Positions 20,257 to 30,505 are shown, counted from the stretch's first letter. The stretch: DNA of 64,000 bases from an uncultured Ruminococcus sp. (GCA_944388405.1 CALXIQ010000036.1:301-64300), one strand, 5' to 3'. Notes: a model not told the origin generated them from the sequence alone. A program made the numbers and translations.

Positions 20257-20441
20257 ATGTTCATATTGTTGGAATGTGAGAATAATTTGTGATTGACAAT
20301 TGCCTTCTTCGGTCGGATAATAGTAATGTAGCTATTGTCCCACCGAAGATTTTTTTATGATTTGTCAGCGGCAGCGTTGTGAGCAGCTATGCTTATGCCG
20401 GCTGTATTCAGAGGGATGCGATTTGCCCGGAGGAGGAAGTT

Positions 20442-22913
20442 ATGGATATTGTCATCAATGGTTTAAAGGCGGAGCTTTCAGAGAATAAGCTATATCGGGG
20501 TGCCGGTATGGTCAGCGGAAATAATTCCTCCCGTTTGCTTCTGGATTACAAGGCGGAAAATCCCAAGGCATATTGGGAGATTCTCAACTGCCTGTTTGGC
20601 GATGAAGGAGTGGGAATCAATCATCTTAAGCTGGAAATGGGCTCTGACGTCAACTCATCTTCGGGAACAGAACCCTGCGTTATGCGAACGGAAACGGAGA
20701 AACCCGACGTAACCAGAGGCGCAGGCTATCAGCTGGCGGCGGACGCTCTTACCGTCAATCCCAACCTTACCCTTGATATGCTTTACTGGAGCGAACCCTT
20801 GTGGGTGACAAATTCCGATGATGTGTATGCCGCCCGCTACAAATGGTACAAGAAAACATTGGATGCAGCTTTTGAAACTTACGGATTGAAATTTGACTAT
20901 GTCAGCGCAGTTCGAAATGAAAGAGAAATTGATGGGGAATGGGTAAAGTATCTTTCAAAAAGTCTGAAAGCTGAAACGGACTGTCCTTACGATTATTCTT
21001 CAATTAAAATTGTCGCGGCAGATGAAGTGTGCACCTGGAACATTGCAGGTATGATGTTAGGCGATTCAGATTTACTGAAGGCTGTTGACGTGCTGGGAAG
21101 TCACTATACAAGCTGGTCAAGCCAAAATGCCAAGCTGCTGGCAGACAAATACGGTAAGGAACTTTGGTTCAGCGAGGCGTCTTCTCCAATGAGCTATGCA
21201 CAGGGTACATATCGTTATGACGGCACGGGGTCGGGTATGTCTGACATAAACGGCGTTCTTGATGTTTTCAATCGAATTATAACCATGTATCCCGGAGGAA
21301 AGATGACCCTGTATGAGTATCAGCCGGCAGTTGCCGCTTATTATGACGGCGTAACCTATGGTCAGAAGCAGCTGATTGTGGCAAACGAGCCGTGGGGCGG
21401 CAGCTATTATCTGGACAGCGGTTATTATATGTCCCTTCATTTTTCACAGTTCATAAAAAAAGGTTGGGCATTCATTGATGATGCCTGTTACGCAGACGGA
21501 GTTGTTGGCGGCGACGGTCATGCAGTCGTAGACGCCAAATACAGCTTTATGACGGCTTCTGATACGCAAACGGGAGATTACAGCACGGTCATCACCAATA
21601 CAACCCCGGAGCCGATTACTTATAATTTCAAGGCGTGCAATGTTGACAAGGCAGCTTCAAATGTTTATGTATGGGAAACAAGAGGTCCGGACGGCGGTGA
21701 GTGGAATGAAAATTATTTCAGAATGACGGAAACAATAACACCTGCGGAGAATAACGGCTTATACACCTATTCAGTCACAGTAACACCCTATTCTATGGTG
21801 ACGGTTTCTACTTTAGAACATAGTCAGTCGGAATATGAATATAAAGAATGCAGTCCTGAAATTCTATCACTGCCATACAAAGATGATTTTGAATACAAGG
21901 ATTACCCCAAGGACTATCTGTCCTCAAGAGGAAACGCCCCCAGATACACTACCGACCAGGGCGGGGCGTTTGAGGTTCAGAATTTAAACGGTCGCAATGT
22001 TCTGATGCAGATGATTACGCCGGATATTAAAGCGCAGGAATGGGGCTATACCCCCAATCCCACCACCAATTTTGGCGACGACAGATGGTATAACTACAGC
22101 ATCTCTGCCGATGTTTTGCTAACCAAAAGCGTTGCACCGCAAGAAAATTATGCGGGTATAGGATTGAGATTCAATCTGGCATGCACATCGGAAAGCGGGT
22201 ACCGGATATGCATTTATGAAAACGGTAAATGGAAACTGAACAATGGCAGCCGCACAATTGCAGAGGGGGTTATCTCCGAATTTGACAGCAGCGTGTGGCA
22301 CCATTTAAAGCTTCAGGCGGTGGATTCAGCGGTGACTGCATGGATAGACGGTGCGGAAGTTGCCGCTTGCAACGACAATCCTTGCTGCAGCGCAGGACGT
22401 GGGGCGTTATACAGTTGGTGGAGCAATAACTGCTTTGACAATATCGCAGTTGAACCGGTGGAAGGTTTGGAACCGTATATCACCCGATTTGACAATACAG
22501 ATGCCGCATTTTCTTACAACGGAAACTGGACCCACAACACAATGAGCAGTTTCAGCAATTACAAGCGGACTGTTTCCGAGGGAAGGGAAGGTGCTGAGCT
22601 GACCTTCACATTTACAGGCACAGGCTTCGCCCTTTTAGGCGGAGCGGCACAGTCGGGCATTAGCATAAGGCTGGACGGTGAAACCGTGGCAAAAAATTTC
22701 CTGCCCAAGGCGGAGGGAAACCGTGAGGTAATCTTTCAAATGAGCGGACTTGAATCGAAGGGGCACATTTTAGAGGTTACCGTCCTTTACGGCACATTGG
22801 CAATTGATGCCGCCCAGGTGAGCGGTATGCCTGTGGTGTTGACGTGTGATACAGTTGGAAGCAGCGCTAAGACACAAGAGAATATGAAAAATCTTTGCCT
22901 GTGCAGTGACTAA
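20442..22913 (+). CDS. GH59-like (galactocerebrosidase family) glycoside hydrolase, no signal peptide
   Basis: GAGMVSGNNSSRLLLDY, HLKLEMGSDVNSSSGTEP, RNERE acid/base and LWFSEA nucleophile regions; start ATG 20442 behind GGAGGAGG. Confidence 0.75.
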   Translation: MDIVINGLKAELSENKLYRGAGMVSGNNSSRLLLDYKAENPKAYWEILNCLFGDEGVGINHLKLEMGSDVNSSSGTEPCVMRTETEKPDVTRGAGYQLAADALTVNPNLTLDMLYWSEPLWVTNSDDVYAARYKWYKKTLDAAFETYGLKFDYVSAVRNEREIDGEWVKYLSKSLKAETDCPYDYSSIKIVAADEVCTWNIAGMMLGDSDLLKAVDVLGSHYTSWSSQNAKLLADKYGKELWFSEASSPMSYAQGTYRYDGTGSGMSDINGVLDVFNRIITMYPGGKMTLYEYQPAVAAYYDGVTYGQKQLIVANEPWGGSYYLDSGYYMSLHFSQFIKKGWAFIDDACYADGVVGGDGHAVVDAKYSFMTASDTQTGDYSTVITNTTPEPITYNFKACNVDKAASNVYVWETRGPDGGEWNENYFRMTETITPAENNGLYTYSVTVTPYSMVTVSTLEHSQSEYEYKECSPEILSLPYKDDFEYKDYPKDYLSSRGNAPRYTTDQGGAFEVQNLNGRNVLMQMITPDIKAQEWGYTPNPTTNFGDDRWYNYSISADVLLTKSVAPQENYAGIGLRFNLACTSESGYRICIYENGKWKLNNGSRTIAEGVISEFDSSVWHHLKLQAVDSAVTAWIDGAEVAACNDNPCCSAGRGALYSWWSNNCFDNIAVEPVEGLEPYITRFDNTDAAFSYNGNWTHNTMSSFSNYKRTVSEGREGAELTFTFTGTGFALLGGAAQSGISIRLDGETVAKNFLPKAEGNREVIFQMSGLESKGHILEVTVLYGTLAIDAAQVSGMPVVLTCDTVGSSAKTQENMKNLCLCSD

Positions 22914-22967
22914 GCTTGTTAATGCGGGAGTCGCTGGCGGGACAAATCAAAAGGAAATGTAAGTACA

Positions 22968-24311
22968 ATGACATATACTACCGATATGACAAAAGGCAGC
23001 GAACTTGGACATATTCTCAGGTTCGCCCTGCCTATGCTGGCAGGAAATCTGCTTCAGCAGCTTTATAATATTGTGGATTCAATAATAGTTGGCAGATACT
23101 TAGGATATCAGGCGCTGGCGGCCGTGGGGGCGACCGGTTCTATCACATTTCTGTTTTATAACCTTTGCATCGGCCTGTCCACCGCAGTGGGTATTCTGGT
23201 TGCACAGCGGTTCGGTGAAAAGAATTACGCTGACGTAAAACGGTATATTGCCAATTCCGCCTACGTCACCGGCATATTCGGCATTGCTTTGAGCGTATTA
23301 TCCGCTCTGGCAACTCCGCTGCTGCTTACCATGCTGAACACACCCCAATCGGTGTTTGATGCTGCAGTGGGATATATGCGAATTTCCTGCGCCGGAACAA
23401 TAGCGGTGGCGGCATACAACTGGATAGGCTCGATAATGCGCGCTCTGGGAGATGCAAAAACGCCGCTGCTTTTTCTGATTGTTGCCAGCATTCTCAACGT
23501 TGTGCTTGATCTGCTTTTTGTTGTGGTATTTGACATGAATGTAAACGGAGCTGCATGGGCGACAATAACAGCTCAGGCGGTTTCGGCGGTGGGGTGCATA
23601 GTCTTTGCCTTTTTAAAAAATCCCATGTTCCGCCTTACCGGGGAATCGTGGATATTTCATAAAAAAGCAGCTTTTTTGTGCGTCCGCATGGGAATACCCA
23701 TTGCTCTTCAGAATGCGCTGGTATCGGTATCTATGATCTATCTGCAAAAAACCGCCAACAGCTTCGGCGATACGGTTATGGCAGCATATACCGCTACTAT
23801 GCGAGTGGAGCAGCTTATTCAGCAGCCCTTTTCATCTCTCAGTGCTGCGGTGGCGTCTTTTACGGGGCAAAACGTAGGCGCAGGAGAAAGGGAGCGGATA
23901 AGAATCTGTTACCGCCAGAGCATGAAGCTTGCTGCTTGCTTTGCGATAATTATGCTGGTAGTATTTCTTTTGTTCAGCAGAAACATCATCGGCATTTTTG
24001 TTACAGAGCCGGAGGTTTTCGACATTGGCGGAACAGCACTGAAATTCTCCGCCTTTTTCTATATATTCCTTGGTACAATCCATGTCACCAGAGGATTCCT
24101 CAACGGAGCCGGTGATGTGAATTTCGCTTTGATAAACGGCATAGCAGAGGTTGTGGGACGCATTGGGTTTGCATCTATATTGGTACATATCTCCTCTGTT
24201 GGATATATGGCAGTCTGGGGAACGACTTGTCTGACATGGTTGTTGACCGCTGTTATGAGCATAATCCGTTATAAAAATGGCAAGTGGAAATATAAATCCT
24301 TGTCTCTTTAA
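22968..24311 (+). CDS. MATE family efflux transporter
   Basis: DMTKG...ILRFALPMLAGNLLQQLYNIVDSIIVGRYLG..ALAAVG and MRALGDAKTPL motifs, ~12 TM. Confidence 0.93.
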   Translation: MTYTTDMTKGSELGHILRFALPMLAGNLLQQLYNIVDSIIVGRYLGYQALAAVGATGSITFLFYNLCIGLSTAVGILVAQRFGEKNYADVKRYIANSAYVTGIFGIALSVLSALATPLLLTMLNTPQSVFDAAVGYMRISCAGTIAVAAYNWIGSIMRALGDAKTPLLFLIVASILNVVLDLLFVVVFDMNVNGAAWATITAQAVSAVGCIVFAFLKNPMFRLTGESWIFHKKAAFLCVRMGIPIALQNALVSVSMIYLQKTANSFGDTVMAAYTATMRVEQLIQQPFSSLSAAVASFTGQNVGAGERERIRICYRQSMKLAACFAIIMLVVFLLFSRNIIGIFVTEPEVFDIGGTALKFSAFFYIFLGTIHVTRGFLNGAGDVNFALINGIAEVVGRIGFASILVHISSVGYMAVWGTTCLTWLLTAVMSIIRYKNGKWKYKSLSL

Positions 24312-24401
24312 ATTGAATTTCAGCAGCCGATGTCTTTTGCCGAGTAAATGTATTTTATATATAATTGCTCAGTCAAGCTTTGACAACTGAAGTTATATAA
24401 T

Positions 24402-24461
24402 AAAAGAGCGTGTTTGCGTAAAGCCGGTTGTGCGATCTTGTGCAAGCACGCTCTGTTTTTT
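24402..24461. terminator. Bidirectional terminator between MATE and treR
   Basis: AAAAGAGCGTGTTTGC...GCAAGCACGCTCTGTTTTTT. Confidence 0.75.
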
Positions 24462-24471
24462 GTGTAAATAA

Positions 24472-25194
24472 TCAGCCGTTTCGATGTGAAATTTCATGAA
24501 ACTCAAAATACTTGGGGCTATGGCGTGATTGGGTAAATTCAAACATAACTCCGTCGCTGTTGAAGGTGGAATTATTTACTGCGGCGACGCAGTTACAGCC
24601 GTCTAATTGCAAGTGCTTTTCATCGTGCTCGGTAATTGGTTCTACACGTATTACACGCTTTGTGGTGGTAATAACAACTCCGAGGGTATTTTCCAGGTAG
24701 GCGTAGATCGACCCCTGAGCCAACTCTTCGGTAAGTCCCACTGCAACGTCCTTGAGAAAATAATTGTGGTCCACAATCAGCGGAACGCCGTCAATATATC
24801 GCAGCCGCTGGATATAATATATATCACAGCCGATAGGAAAACCCGTCCGCCGATTTATGTGGGCGTCGGTGGTCAGCTCTGAAAACAAAAGGATTTCTGT
24901 ATAACAGTTGAGTTTGTTTCTTTCGGAAGCTTCGGTAAATGATTCAATTCTGTTAAGCGAAAATATGGAGTGTTTATCCGCTTCGTGTATAACCACAACG
25001 CCTTTTCCGTGAACGGACTGTACCAGACCTTCTGATGAAAGCAGTTCTATAGCCCTGCGCACTGTGTTTCTTGAGCATTGAAATTCATTTGTAAGGTGAG
25101 CCTCCGAGGGAATAAGCTGCTGAAAGGCATAGGTTCCGTCTTGTATTCTGTCCCGAAGCTCTTGATATATCGCATAATATTTGCTTTTTGGCAT
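24472..25194 (-). CDS. treR: Trehalose operon repressor (GntR/HutC family, UTRA domain)
   Basis: KYYAIYQEL...IPSEAHL...SRNTVRRAI...QSVHGKGVVV; UTRA domain; divergent from the tre PTS operon. Confidence 0.9.
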   Translation of the reverse strand: MPKSKYYAIYQELRDRIQDGTYAFQQLIPSEAHLTNEFQCSRNTVRRAIELLSSEGLVQSVHGKGVVVIHEADKHSIFSLNRIESFTEASERNKLNCYTEILLFSELTTDAHINRRTGFPIGCDIYYIQRLRYIDGVPLIVDHNYFLKDVAVGLTEELAQGSIYAYLENTLGVVITTTKRVIRVEPITEHDEKHLQLDGCNCVAAVNNSTFNSDGVMFEFTQSRHSPKYFEFHEISHRNG

Positions 25195-25312
25195 AAATAT
25201 CTCTCCCTCGTGTAATTATATATTTATGGACACTTTAAAGAAAACCCATATAAAAGCCCTTGTAAAATCAGATTATGGGGACGAAATCCCAGGCGCAAAA
25301 CCACTGCACACG

Positions 25313-25328
25313 ACTTGTATAAACAAGT
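25313..25328. promoter_or_regulatory. Putative TreR operator 1
   Basis: ACTTGT-ATAA-ACAAGT palindrome. Confidence 0.7.
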
Positions 25329-25396
25329 TACAAAGAAATTATAGCAAATATTTTGCGCCTTGTCAACAGCTTTTTGGAGTTGCAATTTCCGTTGAA

Positions 25397-25412
25397 ATTT
25401 GTTTAAACAAGT
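25397..25412. promoter_or_regulatory. Putative TreR operator 2
   Basis: ATTTGT-TTAA-ACAAGT. Confidence 0.65.
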
Positions 25413-25477
25413 TGCATAAAAACTTCGCCGATAATTTGTGCGTTGTCAACAAACTTTTGTGAATGTGAAAAAAGCTC

Positions 25478-25506
25478 TTGACAAACTTGTTTAAACAAGT
25501 TATAAT
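25478..25506 (+). promoter_or_regulatory. treP promoter with a perfect palindromic operator in the spacer
   Basis: TTGACA (25478-83), 17 bp containing ACTTGTTTAAACAAGT (25485-25500), TATAAT (25501-06). Confidence 0.88.
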
Positions 25507-25627
25507 GTAACCATAAAAGAAGGCCCGAAACTGATGAACATACTTAATCTCATTGACAGCGTTGCAACATAAAAAGGGCTTTCGGCTTTTCTAAAAAATG
25601 ATAAGTTTGAAAGGACGGTTGATTGGT

Positions 25628-27577
25628 ATGGGAAAATACCAGAAGGATGCTGCTTTGCTGCTTGACCTTGTAGGCGGCGTCAAGAACATTAACGCAGTGT
25701 CTCACTGCATGACCCGTATGCGGTTCGTACTGGCGGACGACAAGCTGGCGGACACAAAGGCAATCGAAGAATTGCCATCAGTAAAGGGAACCTTTACGCA
25801 GGCAGGTCAGTTTCAGGTTATTATTGGAAACGACGTGGCGGATTTTTATAATGAATTTACCGCCAATGCAGGCATCGAAGGTGTAAACAAGGAAGCCGCC
25901 AAGGAAGCGGCGAAGAGCAATCAGAATCTTGCACAGCGTATTATGGGCAATCTGGGCGAAATATTTGCGCCGCTGATTCCCGCGCTTATCTGCGGAGGTC
26001 TTATCCTCGGTTTCAGAAACATAATAGGCGAGATTAATTTCTTTGAGGACGGAACAAAAAGCCTGGCGGATATTTCTCAGTTCTGGGCAGGACTTTACAG
26101 CTTTCTTTGGCTGATAGGCGAAGCGGTGTTCCACCTGCTGCCTGTAGGAATTGTATGGTCTATCACAAAGAAAATGGGAACCACTCAGATTTTAGGTATC
26201 GTTCTGGGACTTACGCTGGTATCCTCTCAGCTGCTTAACGGATTTAACGTGGCTTCAACCGACCCGGCGGATATTCCCGTATGGGATTTCGGATTTGCAC
26301 AGGTGCAGATGATAGGCTATCAGGGACAGGTTATTTCGGCGATGCTGGCAGGTTTCGTGCTGGTTTATCTTGAGAAGTTTTTCAGAAAGATATGTCCTTC
26401 CGTAATAAGCATGATAGTTGTGCCGTTCTGTTCGCTGGTGCCGGCGGTTATTATCGCTCACACTGTTGTAGGACCAATCGGCTGGAGAATCGGCGACGCT
26501 ATAGCCAACGTGGTTTACAGCGGTCTTACTTCAAACTACGGCGTAATCTTTGCAGGCATATTCGGACTTTTGTACGCTCCCGTTGTAATGACAGGACTTC
26601 ATCATATGACCAACGCCATAGACACCACTCTGTCTACACTGTACGGCGGAACAATTCTGTGGCCGATGATTGCCCTCAGCAACATAGCTCAGGGTTCAGC
26701 CGTGCTGGGAATGGCAGTGCTTCAGAGAAAAAACAATCAGGCAAAGCAGATAAACATTCCTGCGTTAATTTCCTGCTACCTTGGCGTAACAGAGCCTGCG
26801 CTGTTTGGTGTTAACTTGAAATACGGCTTCCCCCTTGTCTGCGGAATGATAGGCTCGGCAGTGGCTGCGGTAGTTTCGGTAGGCTTCGGCGTTCAGGCGT
26901 TCAGCATAGGCGTAGGCGGAATCCCGGGAATACTTTCGATAAAAACCGAGTTCTGGGGTATCTTCCTGCTCTGTATGGCGATAGCTATTGCAGTACCTTT
27001 TGTGCTTACCCTTATCGTAGGAAAGAAAAAGCTTTCAGGAAAAGACCTTGAGTCCAAGGAGGAGGCTGCTCAGCCTGCTGAAATTTCCACACAGAAGTCG
27101 GATAATTCAGCTGAGACAGTTGCAGATGCGGTTTATGCTCCACTTTCCGGTAAGGTTATTCCCATTGACGACGTGCCCGATGAGGTTTTCTCTCAGAAGG
27201 TACTGGGAGACGGAATTGCAATTGAGCCCACCGAAACGGTTGTAGTCGCCCCATGCGACGCAGAGGTAAGCGTAGTAATGGAGGGCAGCAATCACGCCTG
27301 CGGTCTTAAGCTGGCAAACGAGTTGGAGATACTGATTCATGTTGGAATAAATACTGTAGATATGAACGGCGACGGATTTAAAATGTTTGTTTCGGTAGGG
27401 GACAAGGTGAAAAAGGGCGACAAGCTTATTGAATTCTCACCTGAAAAAATCAAGGCGGCAGGTCACCCCACAACCACAGTTGTGTGCGTAACCGAGGAAG
27501 GCTCTGCCCAGCAGATAGAGTTCTCTTCCGGAATGGACGGCCTTGCAGGAGAAACCAAGCTGATTAGTTGGAAATAA
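25628..27577 (+). CDS. treP: PTS trehalose-specific EIIBCA component
   Basis: EIIB SHCMTRMRF, EIIC TMs (GLHHMTNAID, GVTEPALFG), fused EIIA (FSQKVLGDGIAI, ILIHVGINTV). Confidence 0.9.
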   Translation: MGKYQKDAALLLDLVGGVKNINAVSHCMTRMRFVLADDKLADTKAIEELPSVKGTFTQAGQFQVIIGNDVADFYNEFTANAGIEGVNKEAAKEAAKSNQNLAQRIMGNLGEIFAPLIPALICGGLILGFRNIIGEINFFEDGTKSLADISQFWAGLYSFLWLIGEAVFHLLPVGIVWSITKKMGTTQILGIVLGLTLVSSQLLNGFNVASTDPADIPVWDFGFAQVQMIGYQGQVISAMLAGFVLVYLEKFFRKICPSVISMIVVPFCSLVPAVIIAHTVVGPIGWRIGDAIANVVYSGLTSNYGVIFAGIFGLLYAPVVMTGLHHMTNAIDTTLSTLYGGTILWPMIALSNIAQGSAVLGMAVLQRKNNQAKQINIPALISCYLGVTEPALFGVNLKYGFPLVCGMIGSAVAAVVSVGFGVQAFSIGVGGIPGILSIKTEFWGIFLLCMAIAIAVPFVLTLIVGKKKLSGKDLESKEEAAQPAEISTQKSDNSAETVADAVYAPLSGKVIPIDDVPDEVFSQKVLGDGIAIEPTETVVVAPCDAEVSVVMEGSNHACGLKLANELEILIHVGINTVDMNGDGFKMFVSVGDKVKKGDKLIEFSPEKIKAAGHPTTTVVCVTEEGSAQQIEFSSGMDGLAGETKLISWK

Positions 27578-27589
27578 GCGGAGGTATTT

Positions 27590-29224
27590 ATGAATTTCAA
27601 AAATATCACAGTTTATCAGATATACCCCAAGTCATTTTACGACGGCAACGGCGACGGCGTGGGAGATTTGCAGGGAATAACCCGGAAGCTTGATTATATC
27701 CACAACCTGGGGGCAGATTTTATCTGGATTACGCCGTTTTTCCGCTCCCCACAGCGTGATAACGGGTATGACATATCAAATTATCGGGAAATAGAGCCGA
27801 TGTACGGCACCATGGCGGATTTTGATGCTATGATGGAAAAAGCAAATTCCCTGGGAATAGGCGTAATGCTTGATATGGTGTTTAATCACACCTCAACTGA
27901 GCATGAGTGGTTTCAGAAGGCGCTGCAGGGTGATAAGGAGTATATGGATTACTATATCTTCCGTGACGGCAGTCCCGACGAGCCGCCTACAAACTGGCAG
28001 TCGAAGTTCGGCGGCAATGCGTGGGAATATGTTCCTCACCTGAAAAAATGGTATCTGCATCTTTATGATAAAACGCAGGCGGACTTGAACTGGGAGAATC
28101 CCAAGGTGCGCAGCGAACTGAAGGATGTGCTGAGGTTCTGGAAGCAAAAAGGCGTAAAGGGCTTCAGGTTTGATGTAATCAATGTGATATCAAAGCCTGA
28201 ATATTTTGAAAATGATACGATAGGCGATGGCAGACGCTTTTACACAGATGGTCCCAAGGTCCATGAGTATCTTAAAGAGCTTCACCGTGACGCAGGCCTT
28301 GACGAGGTAGTGACGGTAGGGGAAATGTCCTCAACCTCGCTGGAAAACTGCGTGCGCTATACAAATCCCGAAGAAAAAGAGCTTAGCATGTCATTCAGCT
28401 TCCATCATCTAAAGGTGGATTACCGTGACGGCGATAAATGGAAGCTCCAGCCGGTGGACTACCGCAAGCTTAAGGACCTCCTTGAAACGTGGCAGCTTGG
28501 TATGGAGGAAAACGGCGGCTGGAACGCATTGTTCTGGTGCAATCACGACCAGCCAAGAACGGTATCACGCTTCGGTGATACGGGGGTTTACTGGAAGCAG
28601 TCGGCGAAAATGCTGGCAACTCTTATGTACCTTATGCGTGGAACGCCCTATATTTATCAGGGCGAAGAAATCGGCATGAAAAATGCAGGTTTTAACAGTA
28701 TTCAACAGTACCGTGATGTGGAAAGCCTTAACTATTATAAAATCCTGACCCAAAGCGGATTGTCGGATAAAGAAGCGCTGCATGTAATATCAGAGCGTTC
28801 AAGGGATAACGGCAGAACTCCAATGCAGTGGACAGATGGCGATTATGCGGGATTTTCTCACCACGAGCCGTGGATAGGTCTGTCAGAGGATTCAAAAGGT
28901 ATCTGTGCAGAAAACCAGATTAATGACGAAGATTCTATATTTGCATATTTCAAATCGCTGGTTAAACTGCGTAAGGAGAACCCCGTTATCGCCGACGGAA
29001 GCATAGAGTTTATGTATTCTGAAAGAGAGGATATTTTCTGCTATCGCCGCAGCCTTGAGGGTCGGGAGATGATTGTGCTTTGCAATCTGACCGCAGACAC
29101 AGTTTCGGGAGATTTTGCATCACATCTTGCAGGAATGAGCAGGCTTATGGGAAATTATCCCGACAGCAGCGTCCACAGCGGCGGTGAACTCAGACCGTAC
29201 GAGGCGGTTGTATATCAAAACTAA
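27590..29224 (+). CDS. treC: Trehalose-6-phosphate hydrolase (GH13)
   Basis: VYQIYPKSF, DMVFNHTS, GFRFDVIN, TVGEMSS, NHDQPR, RDNGRTPMQW; directly after treP. Confidence 0.9.
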   Translation: MNFKNITVYQIYPKSFYDGNGDGVGDLQGITRKLDYIHNLGADFIWITPFFRSPQRDNGYDISNYREIEPMYGTMADFDAMMEKANSLGIGVMLDMVFNHTSTEHEWFQKALQGDKEYMDYYIFRDGSPDEPPTNWQSKFGGNAWEYVPHLKKWYLHLYDKTQADLNWENPKVRSELKDVLRFWKQKGVKGFRFDVINVISKPEYFENDTIGDGRRFYTDGPKVHEYLKELHRDAGLDEVVTVGEMSSTSLENCVRYTNPEEKELSMSFSFHHLKVDYRDGDKWKLQPVDYRKLKDLLETWQLGMEENGGWNALFWCNHDQPRTVSRFGDTGVYWKQSAKMLATLMYLMRGTPYIYQGEEIGMKNAGFNSIQQYRDVESLNYYKILTQSGLSDKEALHVISERSRDNGRTPMQWTDGDYAGFSHHEPWIGLSEDSKGICAENQINDEDSIFAYFKSLVKLRKENPVIADGSIEFMYSEREDIFCYRRSLEGREMIVLCNLTADTVSGDFASHLAGMSRLMGNYPDSSVHSGGELRPYEAVVYQN

Positions 29225-29265
29225 TACGCAAAAAAGCGTAATTAAATATTTGGAGGTAATTATTT

Positions 29266-29523
29266 ATGAAAACATTTAACTACACAATCAAGGACGAAGT
29301 GGGAATCCATGCAAGACCCGCAGGTCAGCTTGCAAAGCTTGCCAAGGAATTTTCAAGCACAGTTACAATTGAAAAGGACGGCAAGTCGGTAAACGCCACA
29401 AAGCTTATGATGCTTATGGGAATGAACATCAAGTGCGGCGATACAATTACCGTAACCGTAGAAGGCGACGACGAAGCTGCGGCAGCCGATAAGGTAAAGG
29501 CATTTCTTGAAGAAAATCTGTAA
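29266..29523 (+). CDS. ptsH: HPr-family phosphocarrier protein
   Basis: GIHARPA His15 motif; 85 aa. Confidence 0.9.
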   Translation: MKTFNYTIKDEVGIHARPAGQLAKLAKEFSSTVTIEKDGKSVNATKLMMLMGMNIKCGDTITVTVEGDDEAAAADKVKAFLEENL

Positions 29524-29567
29524 TTTATCGCCGTAATCGGCTTTTTGTTAAGAAGCTTATAAATGAT

Positions 29568-29599
29568 GGAGCGTGGCGGGGTAAATCCCGTCACGCTCC
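29568..29599. terminator. Stem-loop between convergent HPr and LysR genes
   Basis: GGAGCGTGGCGGG/CCCGTCACGCTCC. Confidence 0.65.
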
Positions 29600-29614
29600 G
29601 TTAGTCGTATAAAG

Positions 29615-30505
29615 CTATGTTTGCAAGCTATCAGAGTACACCTCTCGGGCGGAGGAAATCAGGCTTTTAAGGGCGGGATTTCCCTGAGTGGTTTTGTAAA
29701 ACAAGCCGAATGAAACCGGCTCCATATCGGTTATGGGTATAAAACACAGTTCGGGGTCGTGCATATTGGGCAGCTGTGGAAAAAGCATAAATCCCGCCCC
29801 CGATTTGACATGAGCCACGGCGGTTTCGTAGCTTTCGCAGTAATAAAGGCTTACTCCGGTGTTGTTTGTGACAAGACGGCTTTGGTTTTTAAAAACCACG
29901 TTTGAGCAGGTGTGTCTTTCTATAAGCAAGGCTCGTCCCCAAAGCTCCTTTTCGGTAAGCGACGTATGGGACGCTAAGTGATAATCGCCCGAGCATATGC
30001 AGGTTATTGGGCAGCGGCAGATTTCTGTGTAAACGCCGTTAATTTCAACACCAGCTCTTTCGGTAAACCCCAGCATTACCTGGATTCTTTCATCGGAAAG
30101 CATATAGTCAAGGGATTTAAAGGGCACAACGTGTATGGACGGCTGAAGTCGGGTATATGCTTTTGATAGCTTTTTCAGTATGGGCGGAAGCATATCAAGC
30201 TCCGCCTGATTATGACAGCCTATTCCTATTCTTATGGGCTTTTCGCCCTTTGCCTGGGACAGACGCTCCTTGGTGGTAAGGGCGATCTTCATTATAGCCT
30301 CCGCATCTGAAATAAACTGCACTCCCTCGTGGGTAAGGCTTACGCTTTTGCTGGTGCGCACAAAAAGCTTTACACCCAGTTCATTTTCCAGGGAATTTAT
30401 CTGATGGCTCACTGCCGGCTGGGTTATGTTTATCGCTTCCGCCGCCTTTGAAAAATTAAGATGCTCCACAACCGCAAGAAAACATTCAAGCTGCACAGTA
30501 TTCAT
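29615..30505 (-). CDS. LysR-family transcriptional regulator
   Basis: QLECFLAVVEHLNFSKAAEAINITQPAVSHQINSLENELGVKLFVR. Confidence 0.93.
   Translation of the reverse strand: MNTVQLECFLAVVEHLNFSKAAEAINITQPAVSHQINSLENELGVKLFVRTSKSVSLTHEGVQFISDAEAIMKIALTTKERLSQAKGEKPIRIGIGCHNQAELDMLPPILKKLSKAYTRLQPSIHVVPFKSLDYMLSDERIQVMLGFTERAGVEINGVYTEICRCPITCICSGDYHLASHTSLTEKELWGRALLIERHTCSNVVFKNQSRLVTNNTGVSLYYCESYETAVAHVKSGAGFMLFPQLPNMHDPELCFIPITDMEPVSFGLFYKTTQGNPALKSLISSAREVYSDSLQT

Noticed and set aside
24380-24461. Promoter plus short sRNA between MATE and treR
   Set aside because: TTGACA and TATAAT are only 10 bp apart; the hairpin is explained as a bidirectional terminator.
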